Positions 33,144 to 40,828 of a DNA stretch of 64,000 nt are shown piece by piece. Position numbers and translations under genes: made by a program. The notes beneath the pieces are model-generated. The model saw nothing but the letters and a program-made list of their open reading frames with translations, was not told the DNA's origin and did no database searches. The stretch is from an uncultured Bifidobacterium sp. (GTDB lineage Bacteria > Acidobacteriota > Vicinamibacteria > Vicinamibacterales > CAVVIG01): positions 116,357-180,356 of the forward strand of contig CAZOAZ010000001.1 of NCBI GenBank assembly GCA_964577955.1, given 5' to 3'. How positions within the stretch are numbered: the first letter of the stretch is position 1; every line of letters begins with the position of its first letter.

Positions 33144-34520
33144 ATGCCAACCGTCACCTGGCAGGGAGGCGAACCGCCGCGGGCCGTGGACGCCGCGCTG
33201 AAGGCCGCGACGATCCAGGTAACGCGCGTGGCAGGGGTCAGCCTGCAGGCTGGTCCCTTGATCGTTTTTAGCGAAAAGCCGCGGATCCCCCCTGTCAAAC
33301 AACGCGTGCTGTGGATCTGGCTCTGCCGGGACCGGGTGCCTGATGCTCGCGCGACCGAGGCCGTGCTGCAGGGCGCGTATGCGGTGATCTCGCTCGCCGA
33401 CGCGACCGCGCCCGCCGAACTGGTGACACGCGTGCAGGAACTGCTGACGCCGGATCCTGCGGCAACCCCCCCGTCTGACATCGTCATGAAGAGCGCCGCG
33501 GCACGCCGCGCGATGATCCGTGCCGCGCGCGTGGCCGCCACCGCCATGCCGGTGCTCCTGGTCGGCGAAACCGGCACCGGCAAGGAAGTGATGGCGCGGC
33601 TCATTCATTCCTGGTCGGCGCGGGCGAGGCAGCCGTGGGTCGCGATCAACTGCGCCGCGATTCCCAACGAGCTGATGGAGGCGGAACTCTTCGGCTACGC
33701 CCGCGGGGCGTTCTCTGGTGCCGTGCAGCGCTACGACGGGCAGCTGATGGCGGCCTCCGGCGGCACGGTCTTCCTGGACGAGATCCACGAAACACCGCTC
33801 GAAACCCAGGTCAAACTCCTCCGCGTCCTCGAGGACCGCATCGTCAATCGGCTCGGCGAGAACGCCTGGCATGAAGTGGACTTCCGGCTGATCGCGGCGA
33901 CCAATCGCGACCTGCGCGCGCTGATCGACGCTGGACTCTTTGGCGCCGACCTCTACGAGCGCCTGGCGATCGTGACGATCCGGCTCGCGCCGCTGCGCGA
34001 ACGTCTCGAGGATCTCCCGTCGCTCGCGGAGCATTTCCTCGCGAAGTTTGCCAAAGAGCAGAGCCGCCCGAAGCTGATCGGGATCTCCGCCGCGGCGATG
34101 CGCGCGCTGACCGCGTACCCATGGCCAGGCAACATCCGCGAACTGCGCAATGTGATCTACGAAACGCTCGTCTTCAAGCGCGCGGGGGTGGAACTCCTGT
34201 TGTCGGATTTGCCGCGTCGCATCCTGCGCCGAGGGCAGGCCGCGCGCGAGTCGATGGTCGACCGTGCTGCGCTGGCGAGAAAGATCGAATCAGGATCGAT
34301 GAATCTGAAGGCTGAAGTGCACGCGCTGCACCGCGTGGCGATCGAGGAAGCGCTCTCGCGTGCCGGCGGCAACGCCGCCGAGGCCGCGCGTCTCCTCGGG
34401 GAAGTCGGCCGAGGAGTGGCGCGCGACCCCGGCGGCACGCTGCGCGCGATGATCCGGCGTCTCGAACGCCGAGACACCGGCAGGGACAGGCTAAGGCCTG
34501 TCCCTGCCGCTAGCCGCTAA
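33144..34520 (+). CDS. Sigma-54-dependent transcriptional activator (bacterial enhancer-binding protein) with a non-canonical N-terminal domain
   Basis: Walker A GETGTGKE, GAFSGA motif (EAELFGYARGAFSGA), Walker B GTVFLDEI, C-terminal Fis-type HTH (AGGNAAEAARLLG). The ~130-aa N-terminus lacks the usual receiver-domain acidic pocket. Confidence 0.85.
   Translation: MPTVTWQGGEPPRAVDAALKAATIQVTRVAGVSLQAGPLIVFSEKPRIPPVKQRVLWIWLCRDRVPDARATEAVLQGAYAVISLADATAPAELVTRVQELLTPDPAATPPSDIVMKSAAARRAMIRAARVAATAMPVLLVGETGTGKEVMARLIHSWSARARQPWVAINCAAIPNELMEAELFGYARGAFSGAVQRYDGQLMAASGGTVFLDEIHETPLETQVKLLRVLEDRIVNRLGENAWHEVDFRLIAATNRDLRALIDAGLFGADLYERLAIVTIRLAPLRERLEDLPSLAEHFLAKFAKEQSRPKLIGISAAAMRALTAYPWPGNIRELRNVIYETLVFKRAGVELLLSDLPRRILRRGQAARESMVDRAALARKIESGSMNLKAEVHALHRVAIEEALSRAGGNAAEAARLLGEVGRGVARDPGGTLRAMIRRLERRDTGRDRLRPVPAASR
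34479..34508. terminator. Perfect 30-bp palindrome (family-B-like) at the overlapping 3' ends of two convergent genes
   Basis: ggcagggacaggctaaggcctgtccctgcc. It lies inside the last codons of 33144..34520 and just before the 34517 stop of the minus-strand gene. Confidence 0.5.
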
Positions 34521-35203
34521 CGCCGGTAGTTCTGCGTGCCAGTGGAGCGCCGCGGCTGTTGACGCGGGTTCCGCACTCCCATGTCCAGCGCTTGATCCAG
34601 GCGGAACGTCAGCAGCGCGCCCTTGGGCAGCCTGATCGAGTGCCCCTGGAACGCGTACGAGCCGCCGAGCCCGGATGCCGCGCCGGCGCCCGCGCCGATC
34701 GCCGCGCCTTTGCCGCCATCGGCGATCGCGCCGATGATGCTGCCAAGCACGGCGCCGCCACCGACCCATGCGGCCGTGTCGCGACCATCACGATCGCGCA
34801 CGCCTTCAACCCGTTGCGGTTGGGCGCGGACCGCATACCGCAGCCCGTGCGCGTAGATCGCATCAAGGTCGACCACGAGGTCGCCGTCACGCGCTTCTCT
34901 GACGATCAGGTCGACGCGCGATCCGGCCGGGATGGCCGGGTTGGCGAGCCGGCCGTAGTCGTCCCACACATCCTTGGCAACGATGCCCTGGAAGATGCGC
35001 CGATCGTGACGGCTGACCTCGATCGGCTGCGCTGTCCTCACGCCGACGAACGTGCCGGCCGGGATGAAGGCCAGTCGCCGATAGTTGCCATCCCAGTCCC
35101 AATCATTGCGCCGCTGTGCTACTGCCGTGGGTGCGAGGCACAGCGCGCCGACGATCGCGGCCGTGCCGAATGCAAGTGCTCGAGTGCTCCGTTGAGTGAA
35201 CAT
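34517..35203 (-). CDS. Secreted hypothetical protein with a C-terminal glycine-zipper-like segment
   Basis: Signal peptide MFTQRSTRALAFGTAAIVGALCLAPTAVAQ. C-terminal GGGAVLGSIIGAIADGGKGAAIGAGAGAASGLGG. Confidence 0.55.
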   Translation of the reverse strand: MFTQRSTRALAFGTAAIVGALCLAPTAVAQRRNDWDWDGNYRRLAFIPAGTFVGVRTAQPIEVSRHDRRIFQGIVAKDVWDDYGRLANPAIPAGSRVDLIVREARDGDLVVDLDAIYAHGLRYAVRAQPQRVEGVRDRDGRDTAAWVGGGAVLGSIIGAIADGGKGAAIGAGAGAASGLGGSYAFQGHSIRLPKGALLTFRLDQALDMGVRNPRQQPRRSTGTQNYRR

Positions 35204-35240
35204 GTCTAGCCTCCGCACGTGAGCACTGCAAGTCCATCAC

Positions 35241-35307
35241 CAGACAGGCTGAAGCCGTCCCTACCGTGGTTGGCGTGAGCTCGGGAGGGACCGGCTGCAG
35301 CCGGTCC
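35241..35307. repeat. REP-like family B (reverse orientation) plus a perfect 20-bp family-A-like palindrome
   Basis: cagacaggctgaagccgtccctaccg ... ggaccggctgcagccggtcc. Confidence 0.55.
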
Positions 35308-35342
35308 GTTCAAGGGGAACGCGTCTTGCTCAGCAGCGGCGC

Positions 35343-36434
35343 ATGGATGACGTCCGCCCGCCCTCCTTGCCGCGCCTGCAATACACCGCGTTCGTGCTGA
35401 TCACGATCGCGATCGTGATCCTGCTCCTGCAGCTGATGCAATCGGTGCTGATCCCATTCGTGTTGGCGGCATTGCTGTTCTACGCGCTCGATCCCGCGGT
35501 CGATCGCCTCGCCCGGCTGCGTGTGCCCAGGGCCATCGGCGCGGCCGCTGCGCTGGGGCTGGTCGTCGCGCTGACGGCAAGCGTCACCTTCGCGCTCCAA
35601 GGACAGGCGCTCACGGTGATCGACGAGTTGCCCACCGGCGCGCGCAAGCTCGCGGCGTCGCTCAGATCGCAGCCCGGCGAGAAGCCGGGCGCGATTGAGA
35701 AGGTCCAGCAGGCGGCGGACGTCCTCCAGGGGGCCGGGGGGCCGGCGCGACCGCCGAAGGATGTCGTGCGCGTCGAAGTCGATCGCGGGTTTCGCGCCAC
35801 CGACTTCGTCTGGGCCAGCTCGATCAACATGATGCTGGCCGCGAATCAGTTCGTGATGGTCCTGTTTCTCAGCTACTTCATGCTCCTCTCGGATCAACTC
35901 TTCAAGCGGAAGCTGATCGAGATCGTCGGGACGCTGTCGCAGAAGAAGACCACGTTGAGCGTGCTCGAAGACATCGCGGTGCAGATCGAACAGTTCCTGT
36001 ACATCCAGATTGCGACCAGCGTGATCGTCGCGCTCGTCACCTGGGCCGCGCTCTGGGCACTCGGTCTCAAGCAGGCCGCGCTCTGGGGACTGGTCGCGGG
36101 GATCCTCAACTCGATTCCGTATTACGGGCCTTTGCTGGTGACGGCGGGTTTGTCGATCGTCGGTTTTCTCCAGTTCGGCGAAATCTCCCGCACGGCGGCG
36201 GTCGCCGGCGTGGCGCTCGTGATCACGACGCTCGAAGGTGTGGTCCTGACGCCGATGCTGGTCGGCCGGGCGGCCTCCATGAACAAGGTGGCCGTCTTCG
36301 CCGGGTTGCTGTTCTGGAGCTGGGCCTGGGGCGTGTGGGGCCTGCTGCTCGCGGTCCCGATGATGATGGTGATCAAGGTGATTTGCGACCACGTCGAGCC
36401 GCTGCACCCGGTCGGGGTGCTGCTGGGTGAATGA
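35343..36434 (+). CDS. AI-2E family transporter (UPF0118/PerM-like)
   Basis: Eight TM segments. Characteristic ...ILNSIPYYGPLLVTAGLSIVGFLQFG... and VVLTPMLVGRAASMNKVAVFAGLLFW. Confidence 0.8.
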   Translation: MDDVRPPSLPRLQYTAFVLITIAIVILLLQLMQSVLIPFVLAALLFYALDPAVDRLARLRVPRAIGAAAALGLVVALTASVTFALQGQALTVIDELPTGARKLAASLRSQPGEKPGAIEKVQQAADVLQGAGGPARPPKDVVRVEVDRGFRATDFVWASSINMMLAANQFVMVLFLSYFMLLSDQLFKRKLIEIVGTLSQKKTTLSVLEDIAVQIEQFLYIQIATSVIVALVTWAALWALGLKQAALWGLVAGILNSIPYYGPLLVTAGLSIVGFLQFGEISRTAAVAGVALVITTLEGVVLTPMLVGRAASMNKVAVFAGLLFWSWAWGVWGLLLAVPMMMVIKVICDHVEPLHPVGVLLGE

Positions 36435-36537
36435 GACTGCCTTCGGGCTTGGGCGGGCCAGATTGTGGACGTTGGAGGGTCCGCTTCAGCCGGACCTCAG
36501 GTCGTGGCAGAATCTCCGCTGCAACCTGGAGGTTCCG

Positions 36538-37401
36538 ATGAAAGTCTTTGCCTATGCCTCGCTGCTGACTGTGATGGCCGCTGGACCTGCGCTCGCGGGA
36601 CCGGCGTCCGGCAGCGTGACCTCGCCGACCGGCACGATCTCGCCCAAGCAGGCGATCGCCTACGTCGTCCGCGATTCGAGGAACGCGCGCAACACGCGCA
36701 TCGAGATTCTGCTGACCGACGTCCCGGTGGATGCGGCGAAACTCCAGGGCGATCTTGATCCGCACGTGACGGCGATCAACTTCGACGCGCTCCGGGATCG
36801 CAACTACCTGCTGCTGTGGGTCACGCCGCCGAACACCGTCTCGATGAACGCGACCTACTCGAAGACGATGACGCAGTATCTGAACGATTCGTCCGGCGGC
36901 CTGAAGTCCGAGTTTACGACCAACACGCCGACCAAGGTCGAAGGACGTGTGTACTCCGCGGCGCCGCTCAAGACCTACGACGGATCGACCTACACGATTG
37001 ACGTCAAGTTCTCGGCAGATGTGGTGCCGCCGCTCACCGGTACGGCCGTGGCGGCAGGCGGCGGCGACGCCGGCAAAGCGCTCACGACGTTCCTTGCGGC
37101 GGTCAAGGCGAAGAACTGGAACGGCATCAAGGCGGGCTTGAGTCCGAAGACGCTGCCGATGTACGACAAGAGCTACAACACGCCGGCGGAGAACGCCGAC
37201 AGCGCCGCCGACATTCTCACCGCGCGGCTGGGGCTGACCAATCTCAAGATCACCGGCGGCCAGCAGATCGATCCCAACACCATCGTCCTCGATGTCGAGG
37301 GTGAACGCTTCGGCAGCAAGACGCTGTTCCTCGTGAAGATGGCGAAGACCGGCACGGCGTGGCAGTTCGAAGAGTCGGTGCCGGCCGGTGGCCTGCGCTA
37401 G
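36538..37401 (+). CDS. Secreted hypothetical protein
   Basis: Signal peptide MKVFAYASLLTVMAAGPALAGPASG. No recognised domain. The track ORF starts earlier, at 36427. Confidence 0.55.
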   Translation: MKVFAYASLLTVMAAGPALAGPASGSVTSPTGTISPKQAIAYVVRDSRNARNTRIEILLTDVPVDAAKLQGDLDPHVTAINFDALRDRNYLLLWVTPPNTVSMNATYSKTMTQYLNDSSGGLKSEFTTNTPTKVEGRVYSAAPLKTYDGSTYTIDVKFSADVVPPLTGTAVAAGGGDAGKALTTFLAAVKAKNWNGIKAGLSPKTLPMYDKSYNTPAENADSAADILTARLGLTNLKITGGQQIDPNTIVLDVEGERFGSKTLFLVKMAKTGTAWQFEESVPAGGLR

Positions 37402-38590
37402 GGACAGGCTTCCCGCCTACGCCGAAGGCTCCGGCGAGCCTCGCCGAAGCGCCAGGTGGGCACGAAGGCGGCAGCCTGTCCGTCTCGGCGTACTCTGCGC
37501 GGCCTTCTTTCTGACAGCGTTCGTCGCCGTGCGTGCGCAGGACGGCCGTGAGCCGCTGCCGCCGAAGCCGGCGCCGCTGCCGAATCCCTACCGCCTCGTG
37601 TCCGATTGGCCGACGTTGCCGGCGACCATGAAGGGACCGAACGGCCGGAAGTGGGGCGAGGTGATCCGCATCCACGTGGCGCCCGGCGGAAACATCTGGG
37701 TGTTTCACCGCTGCTTCCACGACAAGCCGTCCGGCGATGCGACTTGTCTCAATCGCGGCGACGCCAACCCGCCGATTCTCGAATTCAATCCCGCCGGACG
37801 ACTGCTGCGCAGCTTCGGCGTCGGACTCTTTGCGCACCCGCACGGATTCACGGTCGATCGGGAAGGCAACCTCTGGGCCACCGATTCGAATGACGACGAG
37901 ACGATTCTGGGAATGCCGGCGAAGAACGCGCAAGGCGTCCCGCTCGGCCAGCAGGTCCTGAAGATCAGTCCGGATGGCCAGGTGCTGATGACGATCGGCA
38001 CGGCCGGTGTGGCTGGCAACGGTCCGAACACCTTCGATCGGCCGACCGGCGTGGCGATCGGCAGAAACGGCGACATCTTCGTGGCGGACGGGCACTCGCC
38101 GAATTCGTCACGAAGCGCGCGGGTCGTGAAGTTCTCGCGCGATGGCCGCTTTATCAAGGCATGGGGGCAGCTCGGACCGGAGCCGGGCAACTTCAGAGAG
38201 CCGCACGATATTTTCGTCGGCGGCTCGCGCGGCTACGTCTACGTCGCCGATCGGTTGAACAATCGCGTCCAGGTCTTCGATCAGGATGGCGGATTCGTCG
38301 CGGCGTGGAAGCAGTTCGGTCAACCGAGTTCCGTCTATGTCGACGGCTCCGACAATCTCTACGTCGGCGCGGTCTTCGCCAGCACGGCGCCAAACGCGAA
38401 CGACCGGGCCATCGTGATCGGCAACGCGCTCACCGGTGAGCTGAAGTACCTGATTCCCGATCCTGGTGATCTGCGCACGATGACCGACACCGGCACGTCC
38501 GCATCCGGCATCGCCGCCGACGCTCAAGGCAACATCTACGCCGCGGACGTCGGCTTCAACAACTTGCGGAAGTACGCGCTGATTCGGTAA
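37388..38590 (+). CDS. Secreted NHL-repeat beta-propeller protein (paralogue of 5360..6520)
   Basis: Signal-like VRLGVLCAAFFLTAFVAVRAQ. NHL blades FDRPTGVAIGRNGDIFVADGHS and FREPHDIFVGGSRGYVYVADRLNNRVQVFD. The true start is probably downstream of 37388. Confidence 0.75.
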   Translation: MACARDRLPAYAEGSGEPRRSARWARRRQPVRLGVLCAAFFLTAFVAVRAQDGREPLPPKPAPLPNPYRLVSDWPTLPATMKGPNGRKWGEVIRIHVAPGGNIWVFHRCFHDKPSGDATCLNRGDANPPILEFNPAGRLLRSFGVGLFAHPHGFTVDREGNLWATDSNDDETILGMPAKNAQGVPLGQQVLKISPDGQVLMTIGTAGVAGNGPNTFDRPTGVAIGRNGDIFVADGHSPNSSRSARVVKFSRDGRFIKAWGQLGPEPGNFREPHDIFVGGSRGYVYVADRLNNRVQVFDQDGGFVAAWKQFGQPSSVYVDGSDNLYVGAVFASTAPNANDRAIVIGNALTGELKYLIPDPGDLRTMTDTGTSASGIAADAQGNIYAADVGFNNLRKYALIR

Positions 38591-38652
38591 TCCGGTAGGG
38601 ACAGGCTGTAGCCTGTCCGCGTTACCGGTGGCGTCCGGCTTTAGCCGGATTG
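38591..38652. repeat. REP-like family B followed by family A
   Basis: tccggtagggacaggctgtagcctgtccgcg ... ggtggcgtccggctttagccggattgcg. Confidence 0.6.
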
Positions 38653-38687
38653 CGTGTTCTGCGATACTTGCCGCGCCTGGAGGCCCT

Positions 38688-39587
38688 ATGCAGAGACGTA
38701 CGCCGCTGCTCGCTCTCGTCGCGTTGACCGTCGGTGCCGCGGCACTTGCCGCGCAGGCGCCAGCACCCGCGAAGAAACAGTGGACGCAAGAGGAGATGTT
38801 CCGGCGCAACGTCGGCACGCAAGAGGAGCAGCGGACGCCGTTCACTCCGCACAAGATCATCGGCAACCTCTACTACGTCGGCACGCAGAGCCTCGCCTCG
38901 TTCCTGGTCGCGACGAACCAGGGGCTGATTCTGATCAACACCAACTACGAAGTCGCCGTTCCTGGACTCAAAGACTCGGTCGAAAAGCTCGGGTTCAAGT
39001 GGTCGGACGTCAAGATCGTCCTTGGCAGCCACGCCCACGGCGACCACATGGAAGGCGACGCGCTCGTCAAGCAGATGACCGGCGCGCAGGTGATGGCGAT
39101 GACGGAGGACGTGCCGGCGCTTCAACGCATGATGCCCGGCGGCAAGCCGCACCCGATCGATCGTCGCCTGCGCGACGGCGAGGAAGTGCAGCTCGGTGAG
39201 ATGACGCTCGTCGCGCGCCTCACGCCTGGCCACACGCGCGGCTGCACCACCTGGACGATGCAGGTGCGAGAAGGCGGCCGCTCCTACAACGTCGTCATCG
39301 TCGGCAGCATGGGCAGCAACCCGGGCTTTCAGTTCGTGAACAACAAGGACAACCCCGGCATCGCCGACGAATACAAGCGCGGCTTCGCCGTCTTGCGCAC
39401 GCTCCGCCCGGACGTGCCGCTGGCGTCACATCCGGCGATGTACGGGATGAAGGAGAAGTTCGAGCGGATCGGCAAAGGGCCGAATCCGTTCATCGATCCG
39501 GCGGGCTACAGAGCCGAACTCGACGCCGTCGAAGAACTGTTCCTGCGCGTCCTCGCGGAGCAGCAGGCCGCCGCCGGCATTCGTTAG
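38688..39587 (+). CDS. Secreted metallo-beta-lactamase-fold hydrolase, subclass-B3-like (HxHxDH)
   Basis: Signal peptide MQRRTPLLALVALTVGAAALAAQAPA. Motif GSHAHGDHMEG. Whether it is a beta-lactamase or another MBL-fold hydrolase cannot be decided from sequence. Confidence 0.8.
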   Translation: MQRRTPLLALVALTVGAAALAAQAPAPAKKQWTQEEMFRRNVGTQEEQRTPFTPHKIIGNLYYVGTQSLASFLVATNQGLILINTNYEVAVPGLKDSVEKLGFKWSDVKIVLGSHAHGDHMEGDALVKQMTGAQVMAMTEDVPALQRMMPGGKPHPIDRRLRDGEEVQLGEMTLVARLTPGHTRGCTTWTMQVREGGRSYNVVIVGSMGSNPGFQFVNNKDNPGIADEYKRGFAVLRTLRPDVPLASHPAMYGMKEKFERIGKGPNPFIDPAGYRAELDAVEELFLRVLAEQQAAAGIR

Positions 39588-39593
39588 AGGGCC

Positions 39594-40772
39594 TTATTGT
39601 CGATCGAAGAAAAAACTGCCGCCGCTGCCGCAGGCCGTATTCCCGAACACCGCGTTCCCGCCGAAGCGGTTCAACGTGGAGTCCACGGTGCCAGCGGTGA
39701 TCGTGCGGAAGCACTCGCTGGTTTGGCGGATGTCGATGATATTCGGGCTCGTGAGCGTCCCGATCAGGATGCCCGGGTTGATTCCGGAGGTACCGAACGC
39801 ATTGCCCGGCAGGAGAACAACGTTCCATTGGCCCGTGAGATTTCGTCCGGTCTGAACGATGAGCAGTTCGTGCGCGACCCCCTCAGCGGTCGCCGGCCGG
39901 ATCCATCGTCCTGTCAGACTGGTGATGGTGAGCGGAAGCGTGGCGGTTTCTTCTGTGGCTCCCAGGCGCGAGCGTAGCGTGACCTGAAACGAGCCCACCG
40001 AATGGTAGACGTGCGTCGCCGGTCCGCCGTCGTGCAGCGCGGTCGTTCCATCGCCGAAGTCCCACGTGAATTCCGAACCCGTAAGGGTGCCCCCGGAAAA
40101 CGTGAACGAGAACTCGGTGACGTCCACGAGGCCGCTGCTGCCGAACTGCGCGGTGATCGTGAGTGGCGTCGCCGACTCACCGAGGATCCGGGTGGCGACG
40201 ACCGTGCCCGCCGCTCCGGCACCGCCGGCGATGCCGACAAGCGCGGTGTTCGAGAGCCCGCCGCCGGCGCCCGCGCCGCCCGTGCTGGTGACGCTCGATC
40301 CCGCGCTCGTGCCGGCGCCTGCACCCGCCGTGCTGCCGCCGATCGCGGCCGCTTCAGCGGCCGTCATCACATTGGTCTGTGCGATGGTCGCCGCGACCGT
40401 CTGTCCCTGAAACACCGCGGACACCTGAATCTGGTACGCGCCGCTCGTCAGTGGCTGCAGGCTGCTGGCCGCCGCTCGGCCGAGGACATTGGTCGTGATC
40501 GTGACGGTTTGCGCCCCGCCGAATGTGGCGGGTGCGGCGGTACGGCCGGCGATGTTGAACGTGACCACGGCGCCGGACACGGGCAGGTTGTTGCGGTCGC
40601 GGACCTCGACGAGGGGTGCCGTGGCGGTCTGCTGCTGGACGATGTTGACGGCGTCCTCGCCGGCGAGCACGAGAATTCGCAGGCCCTGCGGCCGCGCCGG
40701 CTGCTGCGCGATGGTGACTGCCGAAACGCCGAGAAGAAGAGCGGAGACGGCGATGAGTCGGGGCCGGCGCAT
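39594..40772 (-). CDS. Secreted protein with an N-terminal Ig-like (Big-type) domain and a PKD domain. Last gene of the giant-protein operon.
   Basis: Signal peptide MRRPRLIAVSALLLGVSAVTIAQQ. PKD motif FTWDFGDGTTALHDGGPATHVYHSVGSFQVTLRS. The N-terminal ~150 aa are paralogous to 62742..63866. Confidence 0.7.
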   Translation of the reverse strand: MRRPRLIAVSALLLGVSAVTIAQQPARPQGLRILVLAGEDAVNIVQQQTATAPLVEVRDRNNLPVSGAVVTFNIAGRTAAPATFGGAQTVTITTNVLGRAAASSLQPLTSGAYQIQVSAVFQGQTVAATIAQTNVMTAAEAAAIGGSTAGAGAGTSAGSSVTSTGGAGAGGGLSNTALVGIAGGAGAAGTVVATRILGESATPLTITAQFGSSGLVDVTEFSFTFSGGTLTGSEFTWDFGDGTTALHDGGPATHVYHSVGSFQVTLRSRLGATEETATLPLTITSLTGRWIRPATAEGVAHELLIVQTGRNLTGQWNVVLLPGNAFGTSGINPGILIGTLTSPNIIDIRQTSECFRTITAGTVDSTLNRFGGNAVFGNTACGSGGSFFFDRQ

Positions 40773-40828
40773 CTGCAGGGGCAGACTCTATTCCGATCTC
40801 AATCCCGAGTCGAGCCCGGCGACGAGTG

